A DNA stretch of 64,000 nt from Azolla caroliniana (lineage: Eukaryota > Plantae > Polypodiophyta), in assembly GCA_043228905.1 (NCBI GenBank), contig JBHGNT010000018.1, forward strand, positions 9,176,001 to 9,240,000, in the 5' to 3' direction. The notes below the pieces were generated by a model. It did no database searches. It saw only the letters and a program-made list of their open reading frames with translations, and was not told the origin of the DNA. The position numbers and the translations under genes were made by a program. Positions 51,975 through 64,000 of the stretch are shown piece by piece. The stretch's first letter is position 1; each line of letters opens with the position of its first letter.

Positions 51975-54719
51975 TGTGCCGTACCCTTGGTCAATGATGG
52001 ATATCAAAGTCAAATTCTTGTAATAGTAGCATCCATTTGGCCAATTTGCCTATTGTGAAGTGTTTTTAGAATTCAAGGTATTGAACACTACAAGAATATA
52101 AGGTATGGAGCATTCACATCAAGAGGGAAAGAACACAAACCAAGGTCTTTAGGATAAGTCAAACTAAAAGCAAGAAACATGGAGAAAAGTAAAAGAAGAA
52201 AAAACCGGGCCACCAAAACACAATCTAAAATGAACGATCATAAAGGTGCAAATATAGGTTAGAAAACTCATGAAGTCAGCTATCTTTAGAATTTTAGATC
52301 TCTAAATGTGAAGCTCGGACGAGGGAGATATGACGATTAGAAGGTTGTTGTGTCATAGCTAAAAATAGGAGATAAAAAACTTCTAAAAAAAGCGTGAAAA
52401 AGAGAAGAAGAAGAAGATTATAAGAAGTGAGAAGGGGAGTATAGAAGAGATGGAAGAAGTGATACCTTTGTAATAAGGGAGGAGAGTAAGGTTGGGGGTT
52501 TTGTTCTGAGTATGCTTCTTGTGGTGTTTTCTTACCCATTCTTGTAGTGTGGTTAGGTCATTATCAATAAATATTTGTTGTTTTGGATCTATATATCTTC
52601 TTTATCTCTTCTTTTTATCATCACTCTTTCATTTTTGGCGCTCCAAGGAGGGTCGATCTTTTCCACATCTTGGGAAGATTGATTGTGTCATTGTATTACG
52701 TGGATATGGCTTTTCAATTTGCCTTTGCAGGTGATGGTGTTAAGGATGCGGGAGCTTTTTTGGCATCCTTTGAGCATCACGCGGTTTCAATTGGGAAGGT
52801 GAATGACATAGAGAAACTTCCCTTGTTGGTGGCAACTTTCTACTCAAGAGCCCGACAGTGGTATGAGTCACTACCTCCCAATCAACAAACCAACTACCAA
52901 TTTCTCGTTCAACAATTTCAAAGCAGGTTCATCCAACGTCGTAATGTGATGGACGTGCGAGAAGAACTCTTTGCGCTGCGTATGTCAACAATGATGGATT
53001 ATTCTGAGTACGAGAGGGTATTCAAAGAGCTTTGGTCAACATGGATCCGTCTACGAGTAGTCGTAGAGGATGAGTGGTTGAAGATGGATCGCTTCAAGGC
53101 GGGCTTGAATCCTTACTTGCAATGGGGGCAAATTTGAAGGACCTAGGCAATTTTCAAACTCTTCTACAAGTATGTCAAATTTACGATAGACAACTAAAAG
53201 TGATGTGGATGGGAGTCGACAAAATGATAGCGATATCTAGTGCGAATGTGGTATCACTTCTTCTATCTCTTCTATACTCCCCTTCTCACTTCTTATAATG
53301 TTCTTCTTCTCTTTTTCACATTTTTTTAGAAGCTTTTTATCTCCTATTTTTAGCTATGATAGAACGACCTTCTAATTATCATATCTCCCTCGTTTGAGCT
53401 CCACATTTAGAGATCTAAAATTCTAAAGATAGCTGACTTCATGAGCTTTCTAACGAAAGAGTTATGATCGTTCGTTTTAGACTGTGTTTTGGTGGCCTGC
53501 TTTTTTCTTCTTTTACTTTTCTCCATGTTTCTTGCTTTTAGTTTGACTTATCCTCAAGACCTTGGTTTGTGTTCTTGCCCTCCGGATGTGAATTCTCCAT
53601 ACCTTATATTCTTGTAATGTTCAATACCTTGAATTCTAAAAACACGTCATACCTATCAATGATTGTTTTGTGACAAGGTAAAGCAGCGTCAAGTGATCTA
53701 CGTGACAAGTGAATTTTCGACCGAGTAGGTAATGTTGTAGATCATCTTGAGGGCCTCTCTCTCTGTGGTCGAATAATTCTTCTCGGCTGTTGAGAGTCTC
53801 CGGATGGCATAATATACCCTCTGATACCAATTTGGTGTTGTCAATTGCATAAGCGCACTACCAATCGTCGTGTCGGAGTCGTCGATGAAAATGTGGAATT
53901 GTTTCATCCAGTTCAGTCGTTGTGATAGCATGATTTTCAAGGCCTGGTATGCCTCGTCCGCGGTTTAGGGTTTGCGGTGTACTATTGCATGCAGTGGTGT
54001 CGCGAAATCGGCAAAGTAGTGTAACATTTGGTTGTGCCACCAAATCTGTCCTAGAAATTTGCTCAAGGCTTTCGAATTTTTTGGTGCCAAAGCCTTGATT
54101 ATTGCTTTGACCTTGTCAAGATCTACCGTGATTCCTTCTTGACTGACGATGTGTCCCAATAGTGCTTTGTTGGAGATGTTGAATGCGCATTTTGCGGGAT
54201 TCAAGTTTAGTCGAGCCGCTCAACATCTATCTAAGCTAAGCAAAGGCATAAGTGTTCGAGATGTTCGTGTCATCTATTGTATACAACAAAATCATCCAAA
54301 AAGACCTGCATAAACGTACGAATGTAATCGCTGAAGATTTTCATGATGATCCGCTTGAATGCAGTAGGTGTTGTTTTTAGGCCGAACATCATGACGATGG
54401 CTATGAAAACGCCCCATTCTATGATGAGCATTGTCTTTTCTTGGTCATTTTGGTGCATTTGGATTTGATTGTATCCACTGAAACCATCTAGAAAGTTGTA
54501 GAATTCGTGGCATGCTACTGCGTCCAATACGCCATCTATGAAAGGTAGGGGAAATGCATCTATGATGATGGCGGCATTGAGTTTCCGGTAGTCAACACAG
54601 ACCCAAAATTTGCCAATCTTTTTTGGCACCACCACAATTGGACTGAGCCATGTTGCTTGCTTCACTAGCCGAATGAAACCGGCTCACATTAGTTTGTTGA
54701 TTTCCTCCTTTACCTTGGC
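51975..54719 (-). pseudogene. Gypsy RT-RNase H remnant hosting the inverted-repeat element
   Basis: WLSPIVVVPKK, LDGFSGYNQI, FLDD, EKNYSTTERE. LVTKQSLIG rejoins KLAKWMLLLQEF across the insert. Confidence 0.85.
52054..53651. mobile_element. 1.6-kb insertion with about 400-bp terminal inverted repeats and a 5-bp TSD, enclosing a gypsy gag fragment
   Basis: TSD CCTAT at 52049-52053 and 53652-53656. Inverted repeats at 52054-52466 and 53250-53651. Internal retrotransposon-gag-like ORF at about 52706-53137. Confidence 0.8.
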
Positions 54720-56048
54720 TGTGTTGTCGCGTTGTTATGCGAGTGCGTATAGAACGAGGCTGGACCACAGGGGTCTTGGACTGAGGAATAACCGATCAAG
54801 AGTAGGAGCAAGGAAGACAACGGTCGTGCTTCCACACACACACACACACATACACACAAAAACCACAACTGAATGAAACAACGGAAACGAGACAAATGCG
54901 TATATGTATATATATACTCTAATGAAAAGGGGTTACAACCGGCAGGCCGATGAGCGACAAATCTCCTTCGCCTACGCACACACACACAGAAGAGCGAGAT
55001 GGAGACTCTGCCAGAAGCACTCGGGCGTTCCGCGGAGTAGAGTCAGCCTCCCGAAAACTTGCACAGAGCAAATACAGAGAAAGACGAAGGAGAAGAGCTC
55101 GGTTGCCGTTCGACAACACTTCGTCCTCGACAAAAAGCGATCCCCATTACGATTCCTCTCTCTCTTTTATAGCCCAAGGAGGGAGGCTGTCACAACCTAT
55201 TACATCATCTTTATTCTCTGTCCTTTTGGACAAAGATACGCCTCGATTTTCTACCTAACAAATGTTTGCTACCTAGGATATTCACATCAGCCGACTTGTA
55301 CCTAGATATATACATTACAACAAAACTTGTGCCTACGTATAAGGGTCAGTTCGCGCACATTATTCTTTGATTCCGCCTTGGGACGGTTTTCTCCACGACA
55401 TCCACCCCCACTTGACCGCGCATCCACTGGTATGCGCCTAAATAGACTCTTGCCGGAGAAGACCGGCCTGCGCCTACCCTTCGTCCTCCGGATCGCCATT
55501 CGCCCTGAGCCGATCGTCCTCGCAATCCAAGTCATCCGGGTCCGGTTCATCCTCATGCCGCTTTTTGAACGCTTTGATCCTTTTCCTAGCCACCGGTACT
55601 GCCATCCTTGTCCCATCAAGTTCTGCGAGATGGTAGGTCCCGTTGTCGTTGGCGCTTGTCACCACGTAAGGCCCGAACCACCTCCTTGCAAACTTCTACA
55701 TCGCCTTGTGCTGGTTATCGAGGTTGCTGTCATATTCCAGAACCCAGTTGCCTTCCTCAATTTTCTTCGGCCTTAGTTAGTGAGTCTGGTTGAATCATCC
55801 CTTGTTCTTTACCTCGCGGCTCGTAGCTTTTCCACAGCTCGTTCCACATCCTCTGGCCTTCGCTCGAGCTGTCAGATCCGCGCCGCTAACAGCTCCTTCC
55901 CGCTCAACTCATTTCTCCAGTCCACCGCGGCCCATGAGGAGATCGTTAGCTCCATTGGCATGACCGGCTTCTGCCCGTACATTAGCTCCGCCGGCATGAA
56001 CCCAGTTACCGAACTATGCGTAGTTTGGTCGACCCACAACGCATAGGG

Positions 56049-56139
56049 TGTTGGGGACAAGGCGCCGTCAATGCGGAAGATCAAGTAGCATTCGATTGGG
56101 GTTGAGTACCCTGCGTATGACAGTTGCAAGATCGTGCAC

Positions 56140-56176
<37 letters not shown>

Positions 56177-59100
56177 GCACAAAAGACTCTTTCTATTCAA
56201 TAGAAACAATAATACAACCCAACCTTACAAAAAGGTTACAAGGTCACTTTATATAGTGACCGACTTAGGGCAACTACCATTAATGCTAATTACACAAATG
56301 GCCCAAACTTGATCTATACAAAGGGATAGTGTGAATACGTCCATTATACACTTGTATTCGACACTCCCTCGTAATGGGCGTATACATGAGTTATCTAAAA
56401 TTACAGGTATAAACCTAGGTTCTCGGACATATCAGTTTTGTTCGAGTCGGCAGGGTCCGAAGGCAGAAGACCGGACTGGTCGGGTCGGAAGAGTTGAAGC
56501 CGATCATTAAGGAACTGATGTCGGTTGTCTGAAACCATCCTGCGCTGTGTCCGACTCTAACCGGACTGGTTTGTCGTTACGCCCATCTGATGCCGAAGGG
56601 ACCGAAAGCGGTCTGCCGAAAGACACTTGGTCATTCCATCTGCGACATTGTCGGTTGTGGATATTTTCTCTAGACCGATTTTCCCTGAAATGACGCAGTC
56701 CCGAACGAAGTGATATCGAACGTCGATATGTTTGGAGGCGTTGTGGTGAACCGGATTTTTCGACAAGGCAACAGCACCTTGACTATCGCTATAGACAGCT
56801 GGGGCCGAGTCATGGTCGACTTGTCGAAACGTGTGCGCCAGCCGGCCGAGCCACAAAGCTTCTTTTGCAGCGTCGGACGCAGCTACATATTCTGCTTCGG
56901 TCGTTGAGGTCGTTGTGCACTCCTGAAGTTTCGACTTCCACGAAATTGCTCCATTGCCGAATTTGAAGCAGTATCCAGTTGTTGATTTCCGACTGTCTAT
57001 ACAGCCGGCGAAGTCCGAGTCGGTGTAACCGACTACGCCTGAGGTTCGGTTCGGACCGAAAAGAATGCCGTGGTCTTTTGTGCCAGCCAGATATCTGAAC
57101 ACATGGTTGACTGCGTTCCAATGCGATCGGCCAGGATTGTGCATAAATCTGCTAACGACTCCTACGGCATGAGAGATATCAGGCCGTGTCGCGACCATCA
57201 GGTACATGAGGGAGCCGACTGCCGGTGCATACGGTACCGACTTCATATCTTCCCCCTCCGGACCGGATGTCGGGCAGTCTCGCTGAGAGAGCCGAAGATT
57301 CATGGGGAGCGGGGTTGAAGCAGATTTGGCTGATTGCATGTTGAAGCGTTCCAAGACACGTCCGATATAGTCGGTCTGAGACAAAAAAAGATGTCGTTTA
57401 TCGCGATGCCGACTAATCTTCATGCCAAGTATGTGTCGTGCCGGACCGAGGTCCTTCATGGCAAACTTCAACCGCAATTGCCGAATGAGATCGGCAAGTT
57501 CGCCCGCGTGGCGTCCAGAAATTAGCATGTCGTCCACGTAAATGATGAGGAAGATGGGTGATCCATCTTGAGCATGTTGGTAAAAAGACAATGGTCCTCA
57601 TCGCTTTTTGAGAAGCCGATCGATTGGATGAAGTCGTCGAACTTCTTGTACCATTGTCGCGGTGCTGTTTGAGGCTGTATAGACTCTTCCGGAGTCGGCA
57701 GACTAGATGTTCTTGGCCAGTTGCCACGAAGCCTTTTGGCTGCTCCATATAAATTTCCTCTTCAAGATCACCATGGAGGAAGGCTGTTTTGACATCTAGC
57801 TGAATCAGCTCCAAGTTGTCGGCTGCCACTACGCCGAGTAGAAAACGAAGGGTTGTCATTTTCACCATTGGTGAAAAAATCTCGTCGAAGTCGACGCCAT
57901 ATTCTTGTCGGAAGCCCTTCGCAACTAATCTGGCCTTGTACTTCGGGGTGGTCGAATCAGACGTCTCTTTTAATCGATAAACCCACTTGCAAGGAAGAGC
58001 ACGTCGATTCTTAGGTAATTCGACCAGATCCCAAGTCTTGTTTGCCCGAATGGAGTGCATTTCCGACTCCATCGCCAGATACCAGGTGGCTGAATCGACA
58101 GATGTCGATGCTTCTTCGTAAGACGTCGGTTCGCCGGCGTCGGTGAAGAAAATTCCAGGAGAATACCTCTCCGGAGGTTGCGACAGTCTCTCGGATCGTC
58201 GAGGTATGACTGGACTGGTCGTATCGGGTATCGAGGTCGGATGGTCCGAAAGCGAATTATTCTGCTGTGCCGAGTCGGAGTTGTCCGAGTCGGTAGTGTA
58301 AGGTTCAGCTACCCGTGAAGCTGACCGTGTGTTAAGAGCGGGGCCTTCTTGAAGGGTCGGCACATCGGAAAATGTTACCCTTCGGACTTCGATCGGTGTT
58401 TTGACTGATGGATTCATAGCCGACTCGTTGAACACAACGTCCGAATTGCGAACGATTTGTCTGCGTTCGGGGTCCCAGAGTCGGTATCCCATTTCGCCGT
58501 CTGATCCATATCCAAGGAAAATGCATTTCCTGGACCGAGGTGCAAGTTTTCGGCGATCATCTTTCGGAATAAGGGCGTACGCCTCGCATCCGAAGATCCT
58601 CAGCTTGTCGTAATTCGGCTTACTGCCGATCCATAGTTCCTGAGGAATTTGAAGTCCTAGAGGTCTGCTTGGCGACATATTGATTATGTGTACTGCCGTG
58701 AGTAGAGCCTCTGCCCAGAAGCCATCCGACAGTCCGGAGTGTTGGAGCATGGAAACTATCCGTTCTTGGATTGTCCGATTCATGCGTTCTGCAATCCCGT
58801 TTTGCTCCGGACTGTGTGGTGCCGTAAATTCACGTCGGATGCCGCGTTGTCGGCAGAATTTGACGAATTCTTCTGATTTGAACTCTCCCCCATTGTCGGT
58901 CCGAAAGCATTTCAGTTTTCGGTCAGTTTGATTTTCTACCATAGCGAGCCAATCGGAGAAGATCGAGAAGACACGATCTTTGGTGCGAATTGGATAAGCC
59001 CACACCTTTCGAGTCGAATCGTCAATAAAACTGACGAAGTAAGAGGCACCGCCGAGAGACTGATGCGGCATTGGGCCACAGACGTCCGAGTGGACTAAAT

Positions 59101-61355
59101 CGAGAGGTCTCGTTTCTCTTGGTGCTGATGTCGGGTGTGATGCGGCTGCTTGTTTGCCATACTGGCAATGTTCGCAGAATTGATGGTCCGAGAAGGAGAG
59201 TTTAGGGATGTATCCAGCTCTAGATAGGTGCGTAATGCCGGCCTTGCTGAGTTGTCCTAATCTTCTATGCCATAGTGATGACACAGGAATATCAACCAAA
59301 AACAGGTTACCCTCTCTGAGCGTAACATGTAACGGATACAGTGAGTGTATCTTGGGTCCTCTAGCAAGCAGGAGGTTCCCCCTGTGGAGTGTCCACCCTC
59401 CCGAAGAAAAACCGGCACGAATGCCGTCTTCATCTAGTTGTCCGACTGAGATCAATGGCCTTGAGAGCTCGGGTACATGTCGGACATTGTGAAGTACAAG
59501 TGTAGAGCCACCTGCAAGGTTGAGCTCTACTGTGCCGATTCCAATGATGTCACAGTGTTGCGAGTTGCCGACTCGAACTGAGTCGGAGTGACGGATCGTA
59601 TATTGCCGAAATTGGGATCGATGAGGAGTCACGTGAAATGACGCGCCCGAATCTAAGAGCCATGTGCTCGATTCTTCAGTCGTGAGCAGAACTTCTGATC
59701 CGACTGGATTTTCGATTGATAGTATATTCGGGTCGTTTGGTAGCACATCAGCTGAGAAGCTGACGTAATTGATCTCCTCATGCCGGCCACTCTTCTTGTC
59801 TGATTTCTGAGACTTGTCGTTCTTGTTCTTGAGTGCGCGGCAGTCGGCTTTGATGTGTCCGGGTTTCTTGCAATAGTTGCAGATTCGATTATCCCGTGAC
59901 TGGCTCCGTCTTCGCTGATTGTTCGGCTGCCGTGAGGAATCTCTTCCTCGTATGTTCGATCGTTCTGTCGAACCTTGTACTACATAAGCGTCGTCTATTG
60001 AGTCTTTGGCGAAAGACTTTCTCCGAGCTGCTTCGGTCAGGATTGCGCTCGTGACTTCGGAGTATTTGACAGCCGTGGTTGACGCGTTGCACACGGTTGT
60101 GACGAAAGTTTCCCACGATGAGGGAAGGCTGCTCATGAGTATCATTGCTCTGAGTTCATCCTCGATTGCCGTCCCCTGAGATGAGATTTGGGAACTTATG
60201 CTTTCGTACTCATTGAGATGTGCTTGAACCGAATCTGATTCTTTCATTCGCAAGTTGTAGAGGCGCCGGATCAGAAACATCTTTGTTGCAGCGACCTTCT
60301 TTTCGTAGGTGTCCGACAGTGTTTTCCATAGTTCGAATGCTGTCGTACACGATTGCACCGTAAAGTATACCGATTCCGATAGGTGCATCCGAATCGTGGC
60401 ACGGACGATTCTGTCCAGCTTCTGCCACTCAATTGGTTTGTATCCTTCTGGAGGTTCTTCATTTTCGATGGGATCGATTTGCCCCTTGACTATGAGATAG
60501 TCCTGCATTTGCTCCTTCCAGAAATTGAAGTTCGATCCATCGAACTTTCGTAGACTCATTTCTGACGAGCCGGATGTTGATGCCATCAAATTTGGTTTCG
60601 GTTGACGAAGCTCGGTTCGGAGTTGACTACGAACCTTGTTGGAGTGCAGCCGGTTGGCTCACCCGATATCGTTCTAGTCGGATTTGAACCCGAGTCGGTT
60701 CGGCTTCGGATATATGTATTGTTGAACTTGCTCGAATTGACTCCGGTAACTTGAGGGACAGAACCGACTGGTCTTCCCGAATGTTGCCGAGTCGGAGTGA
60801 GCCCGGTTCGCTTCCGAATATATATGCCGAATACCGATTATTGAAACCGATTGTCTGGACCGATTCTGCTTCGGGTGACTGCAGCGACGGATCCAACTGA
60901 TCCTCTCGAATGTCGATCAGCCGGATGAAGCACGAATTGGGGTTGTTGTCTTGAGACCGATCTGCACTGAGTGGTTACAATGAGCGGCGAGCAGCGTTTG
61001 ATGACCTCTTCGGATGCCGTTTAACCGAGTGGAGCACGATCGTGTCAATGTTGCACAAGGGGATTTCACCTCGAGCGGTTACGATCACAAGGAACAGAGT
61101 ACAACCGGCTGGCTTACTCCAAGCGAAGATGATCTAAGGCGATGAGATGCAAGCCTCGTTTTTCTTCTTCTTCTCCCTTCTTCGAATGACGCAAGAAACC
61201 GAACGCTGTGCAGGCTGAGACGACGGCCGACAGCTGGTTGAGGAACCTCTGCTCTGATACCAGATGTTGGGGACAAGGCGCCGTCAATGCGGAAGATCAA
61301 GTAGCATTCGATTGGGGTTGAGTACCCTGCGTATGACAGTTGCAAGATCGTGCAC

Positions 61356-61396
<41 letters not shown>

Positions 61397-61583
61397 GCAC
61401 AAAAGACTCTTTCTATTCAATAGAAACAATAATACAACCCAACCTTACAAAAAGGTTACAAGGTCACTTTATATAGTGACCGACTTAGGGCAACTACCAT
61501 TTATGCTAATTACACAAATGGCCCAAACTTGATCTATACAAAGGGATAGTGTGAATACGTCCATTATACACTTGTATTCGACA
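56049..61583 (-). mobile_element. Young full-length Ty1/copia nested in the gypsy integrase
   Basis: TSD TAGGG. LTRs at 61265-61583 and 56049-56363 differ by one substitution plus (GA)n length. Perfect iMet PBS at 61251-61262 and PPT at 56364-56370. Confidence 0.97.
56557..60589 (-). CDS. Copia Gag-Pol polyprotein (Gag, PR, INT, RT, RNase H) with two 1-bp frameshifts near 57665 and 57578
   Basis: CNYCKKPGHIKADC, WLLDSGAS, VHSDVCGP, RTDNGGEF, QLDVKTAFLHG, YVDD, YTDSDFAG, KHIDVRYH. Confidence 0.95.
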
Positions 61584-64000
61584 TAGGGTAAGAGCCGCGG
61601 CCAGTTCCGGACTTGGCCTCCACATGCTCGAACTAACGCTTTGACGATTGGCCCGTGTCCGCGTTCCACCTTCCGGTTTGCCTCCGGATTGTATGCCATG
61701 GTGAGCGAGAGTTTAACCCCTAGCCGGTCAAACAACTTAGCCTCTTGTGCATCCAATTCTCCACGGTTGGCTACGATCTTTCCTACGCGCCCATACTGGC
61801 ATACCACTTCTTCGATCAGAAATCGGCACACGGCCACGATCATTTTGTTCGGCAACGCTTGGACTTCCACCTGGTTCGTCAGGTCCTCTCGAGCCAGCAC
61901 CAGATATCGCATCTGCCCTACCCCCATCGGCATCGTAACTAGATCCACCATCCACTTGAAGTGGACGGTCGGAGGGTAGGTCGGGTGGAGCTCGTCCTGA
62001 TGTTGGACTATGGAGTGCATTTGACAGCTTTCGCAAGCCGTCACGAACTGATGCATGTCTCGGTATAGTCCCGGCCACCAGTACTTCCCCTTCAGCTTCT
62101 CGAATGTGGCCCACGTCCTGCGGTGCCCAGCCCAGGGACTTTCGTGGTACGCCGCCAACAATTCCTCCTATTCCTCTTTCTTCGCCACCACTCAGAGCGG
62201 AACGCTGTGTCTCTTCTTTGGGTGTTTCCCGATGCACCCATCTCGTAGGAAGAATCGGTACGCCTTCTTCCAAATCCGGTTGGTCTCTTCCTTCGTCCAC
62301 GCCACGTCTGATGTCATTGTCTTCAGGAAACCGCCGATCCGGAGCCACTCCCTGCCGTACTTACTCTCGTCGAACTCATTACGCGTCGGAGTGCTCCTCT
62401 TCCTTGTTGTTACGTAAGCCGACTCGAAGAAGTCCATGCCAACTTCTGCGTCTTCTAAAACCATGTTGTCCTCATCATCGAATCTCGCCCTCGAAAGCAT
62501 GTTAGTCATGGCGTTGTCTTTTGCGGAAATGTGTCGTATTTCTGGATTCAGGGACTTGATGTACGCTATCCACCTAAGCATTGCCAAGTTTGGCATCATG
62601 CATCCAGAAACCATACCGAGAATCGGCAGGCAGTCCGTCTCAATTATCACCTCTGTCCTGATCAGGTAGTCTTTGTCGGCCTTGACCACCGAAACGATAC
62701 CCCAAAGTTTGCATTTAACCTGGGAGTACCCTCGCTATCGTTCACTGAGGACTTTCACACCGAACCGAATGGGGAACCTCATGCCGTTCTCTTCCTCCTG
62801 GTTGATCACCCATCCGATTCCGGTCGGGCTCGTGTCTATGGTCACGTAAATCGGAATGTCTTTACCGTAGACTGCTTTCCGGAGTGCCGGTGCCGCAGCA
62901 AGTGCTTCTTTCATTTTCCGGACCGACTCCGTATGCTCCTCTCTCCACTCAAATTTACGCCCTTTCTTCAGCAGTCCATAGAGCGGCTCCGCAACGTGGG
63001 CATAATGCGGGATCCAGATATGGTAGAATGTGCATGCTCCCAAGAATCTTCGGACTTCCGTGACCGAATTGCAGTCGCGCTTCATCGTGGAGATGGCCTC
63101 TACCTTGGCCGGCGATGGTTTCCGACCAAATGGCCCACATAGGTGTTCGACGACCATGATCTCCGATTGCCCAAAGGCCAATTTTTCCCCGGAGAAGGTG
63201 AGCCTCGCGCCTTCTAGTCTTCGCAGCACCTTCTCGCAGTCATCGACGTGGTCCGCCACGAATTTCCGGCATCCGTCTGGTCCGATTGTCTCGTCCTTAT
63301 CCTCCACCGAAGGGTACACATCCGTACTAGGCCGAGGGGAGTCCGCATCGTTGTAATGTCCCTGCTCTCCACGACTAGCTAGAACTGATCGTATCCCGAG
63401 TACAGATCATCGACCGAGTAAATTGACCTTCTGGCGAAGGCCCCCGTGAACTCGTCTATGGTCGATCCAATTCCTGCATTCCGAATGGTCACCTTGTTGA
63501 CCGGCTACAGGTCCCGAATGAAGCGCAGCGTGCCATTCTTCTTGGGCACAGTAAACCATCGATTAGAATACGGGGCACTCGACAGCTCGAGGATGCCCAT
63601 ATCCACCTTCTATTTCAGCAGCTCCATCAGCTTCGGGACATGAGCTCTGGGTACTGGAATTGGTTTGAGATTTCACGGTACATGCGGTACCGTGAAGATC
63701 ACCATAGGTTCCACAATCGTCGGGTCTACGCACCCGATCTCCTCCGGCGAGAATGCGAAGGCCTTTCTGTGCCTCCTGAACATTCTCCGAAACCGGTTCT
63801 CCTTCGCCGGCAGTAGAAAGCCACCTATGCCACCTGGATCTCGTAAACTTGGGTCTAACGCAACCCCTTTCATCCGTAACTTGCTGCCCTCCGGCAAGGG
63901 TGCCGCGATTGGCCTCACCTTCCGGTCCACAATCTTGTACTTCGTATCCACTCGGGCTGTCTGATCCGACTCGAGTCCTCTACCGAAGTCGGCGATAACT

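Larger units (their letters stand above)
54720..64000 (-). mobile_element. Degraded non-chromovirus Ty3/gypsy (RT, RNase H, integrase, PPT, 3' LTR about 55400-54720); continues beyond the window
   Basis: WFTVPKKNG, RRFLGAC, IDTSPTGIG, HESPWAGH, YNPEANRKVER and GPY. PPT GGGGTGGA precedes TGTCGTGG. Confidence 0.85.

Noticed and set aside
61737-63356. Long antisense or alternative-frame ORFs over gypsy pol
   Set aside because: These are expected shadows of GC-rich pol coding sequence and show no independent motifs.

Overview
Eukaryotic plant genomic DNA. A non-seed land plant such as a fern is inferred from the Tcn1-like chromoviruses, the microsatellite load and the intron style. Most of the window is nested LTR retrotransposons: four chromovirus-type Ty3/gypsy copies, a non-chromovirus gypsy family, and several Ty1/copia copies, one of them very young. 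There is one clearly intact host gene, a 5-exon reticulon (RTNLB, minus strand, 23787-27236). Less ordinary content: (1) an intron-containing, decayed gene with a ParB-like segment followed by a bacterial-type beta-class N6A/N4C DNA methyltransferase (about 34.7-36.5 kb); (2) three related chromoviruses whose LTRs begin with an antisense tRNA-like A/B-box module and show Tf1-style self-priming with co-varying primer/PBS, plus a conserved -1 frameshift signal; (3) a 1.6-kb TG..CA-type, 5-bp-TSD element with about 400-bp inverted ends; (4) a hairpin array beside a coiled-coil/RING gene; (5) PPR and tRNase Z pseudogene fragments. All calls were made by eye without database searches, and coordinates of degraded elements are approximate.
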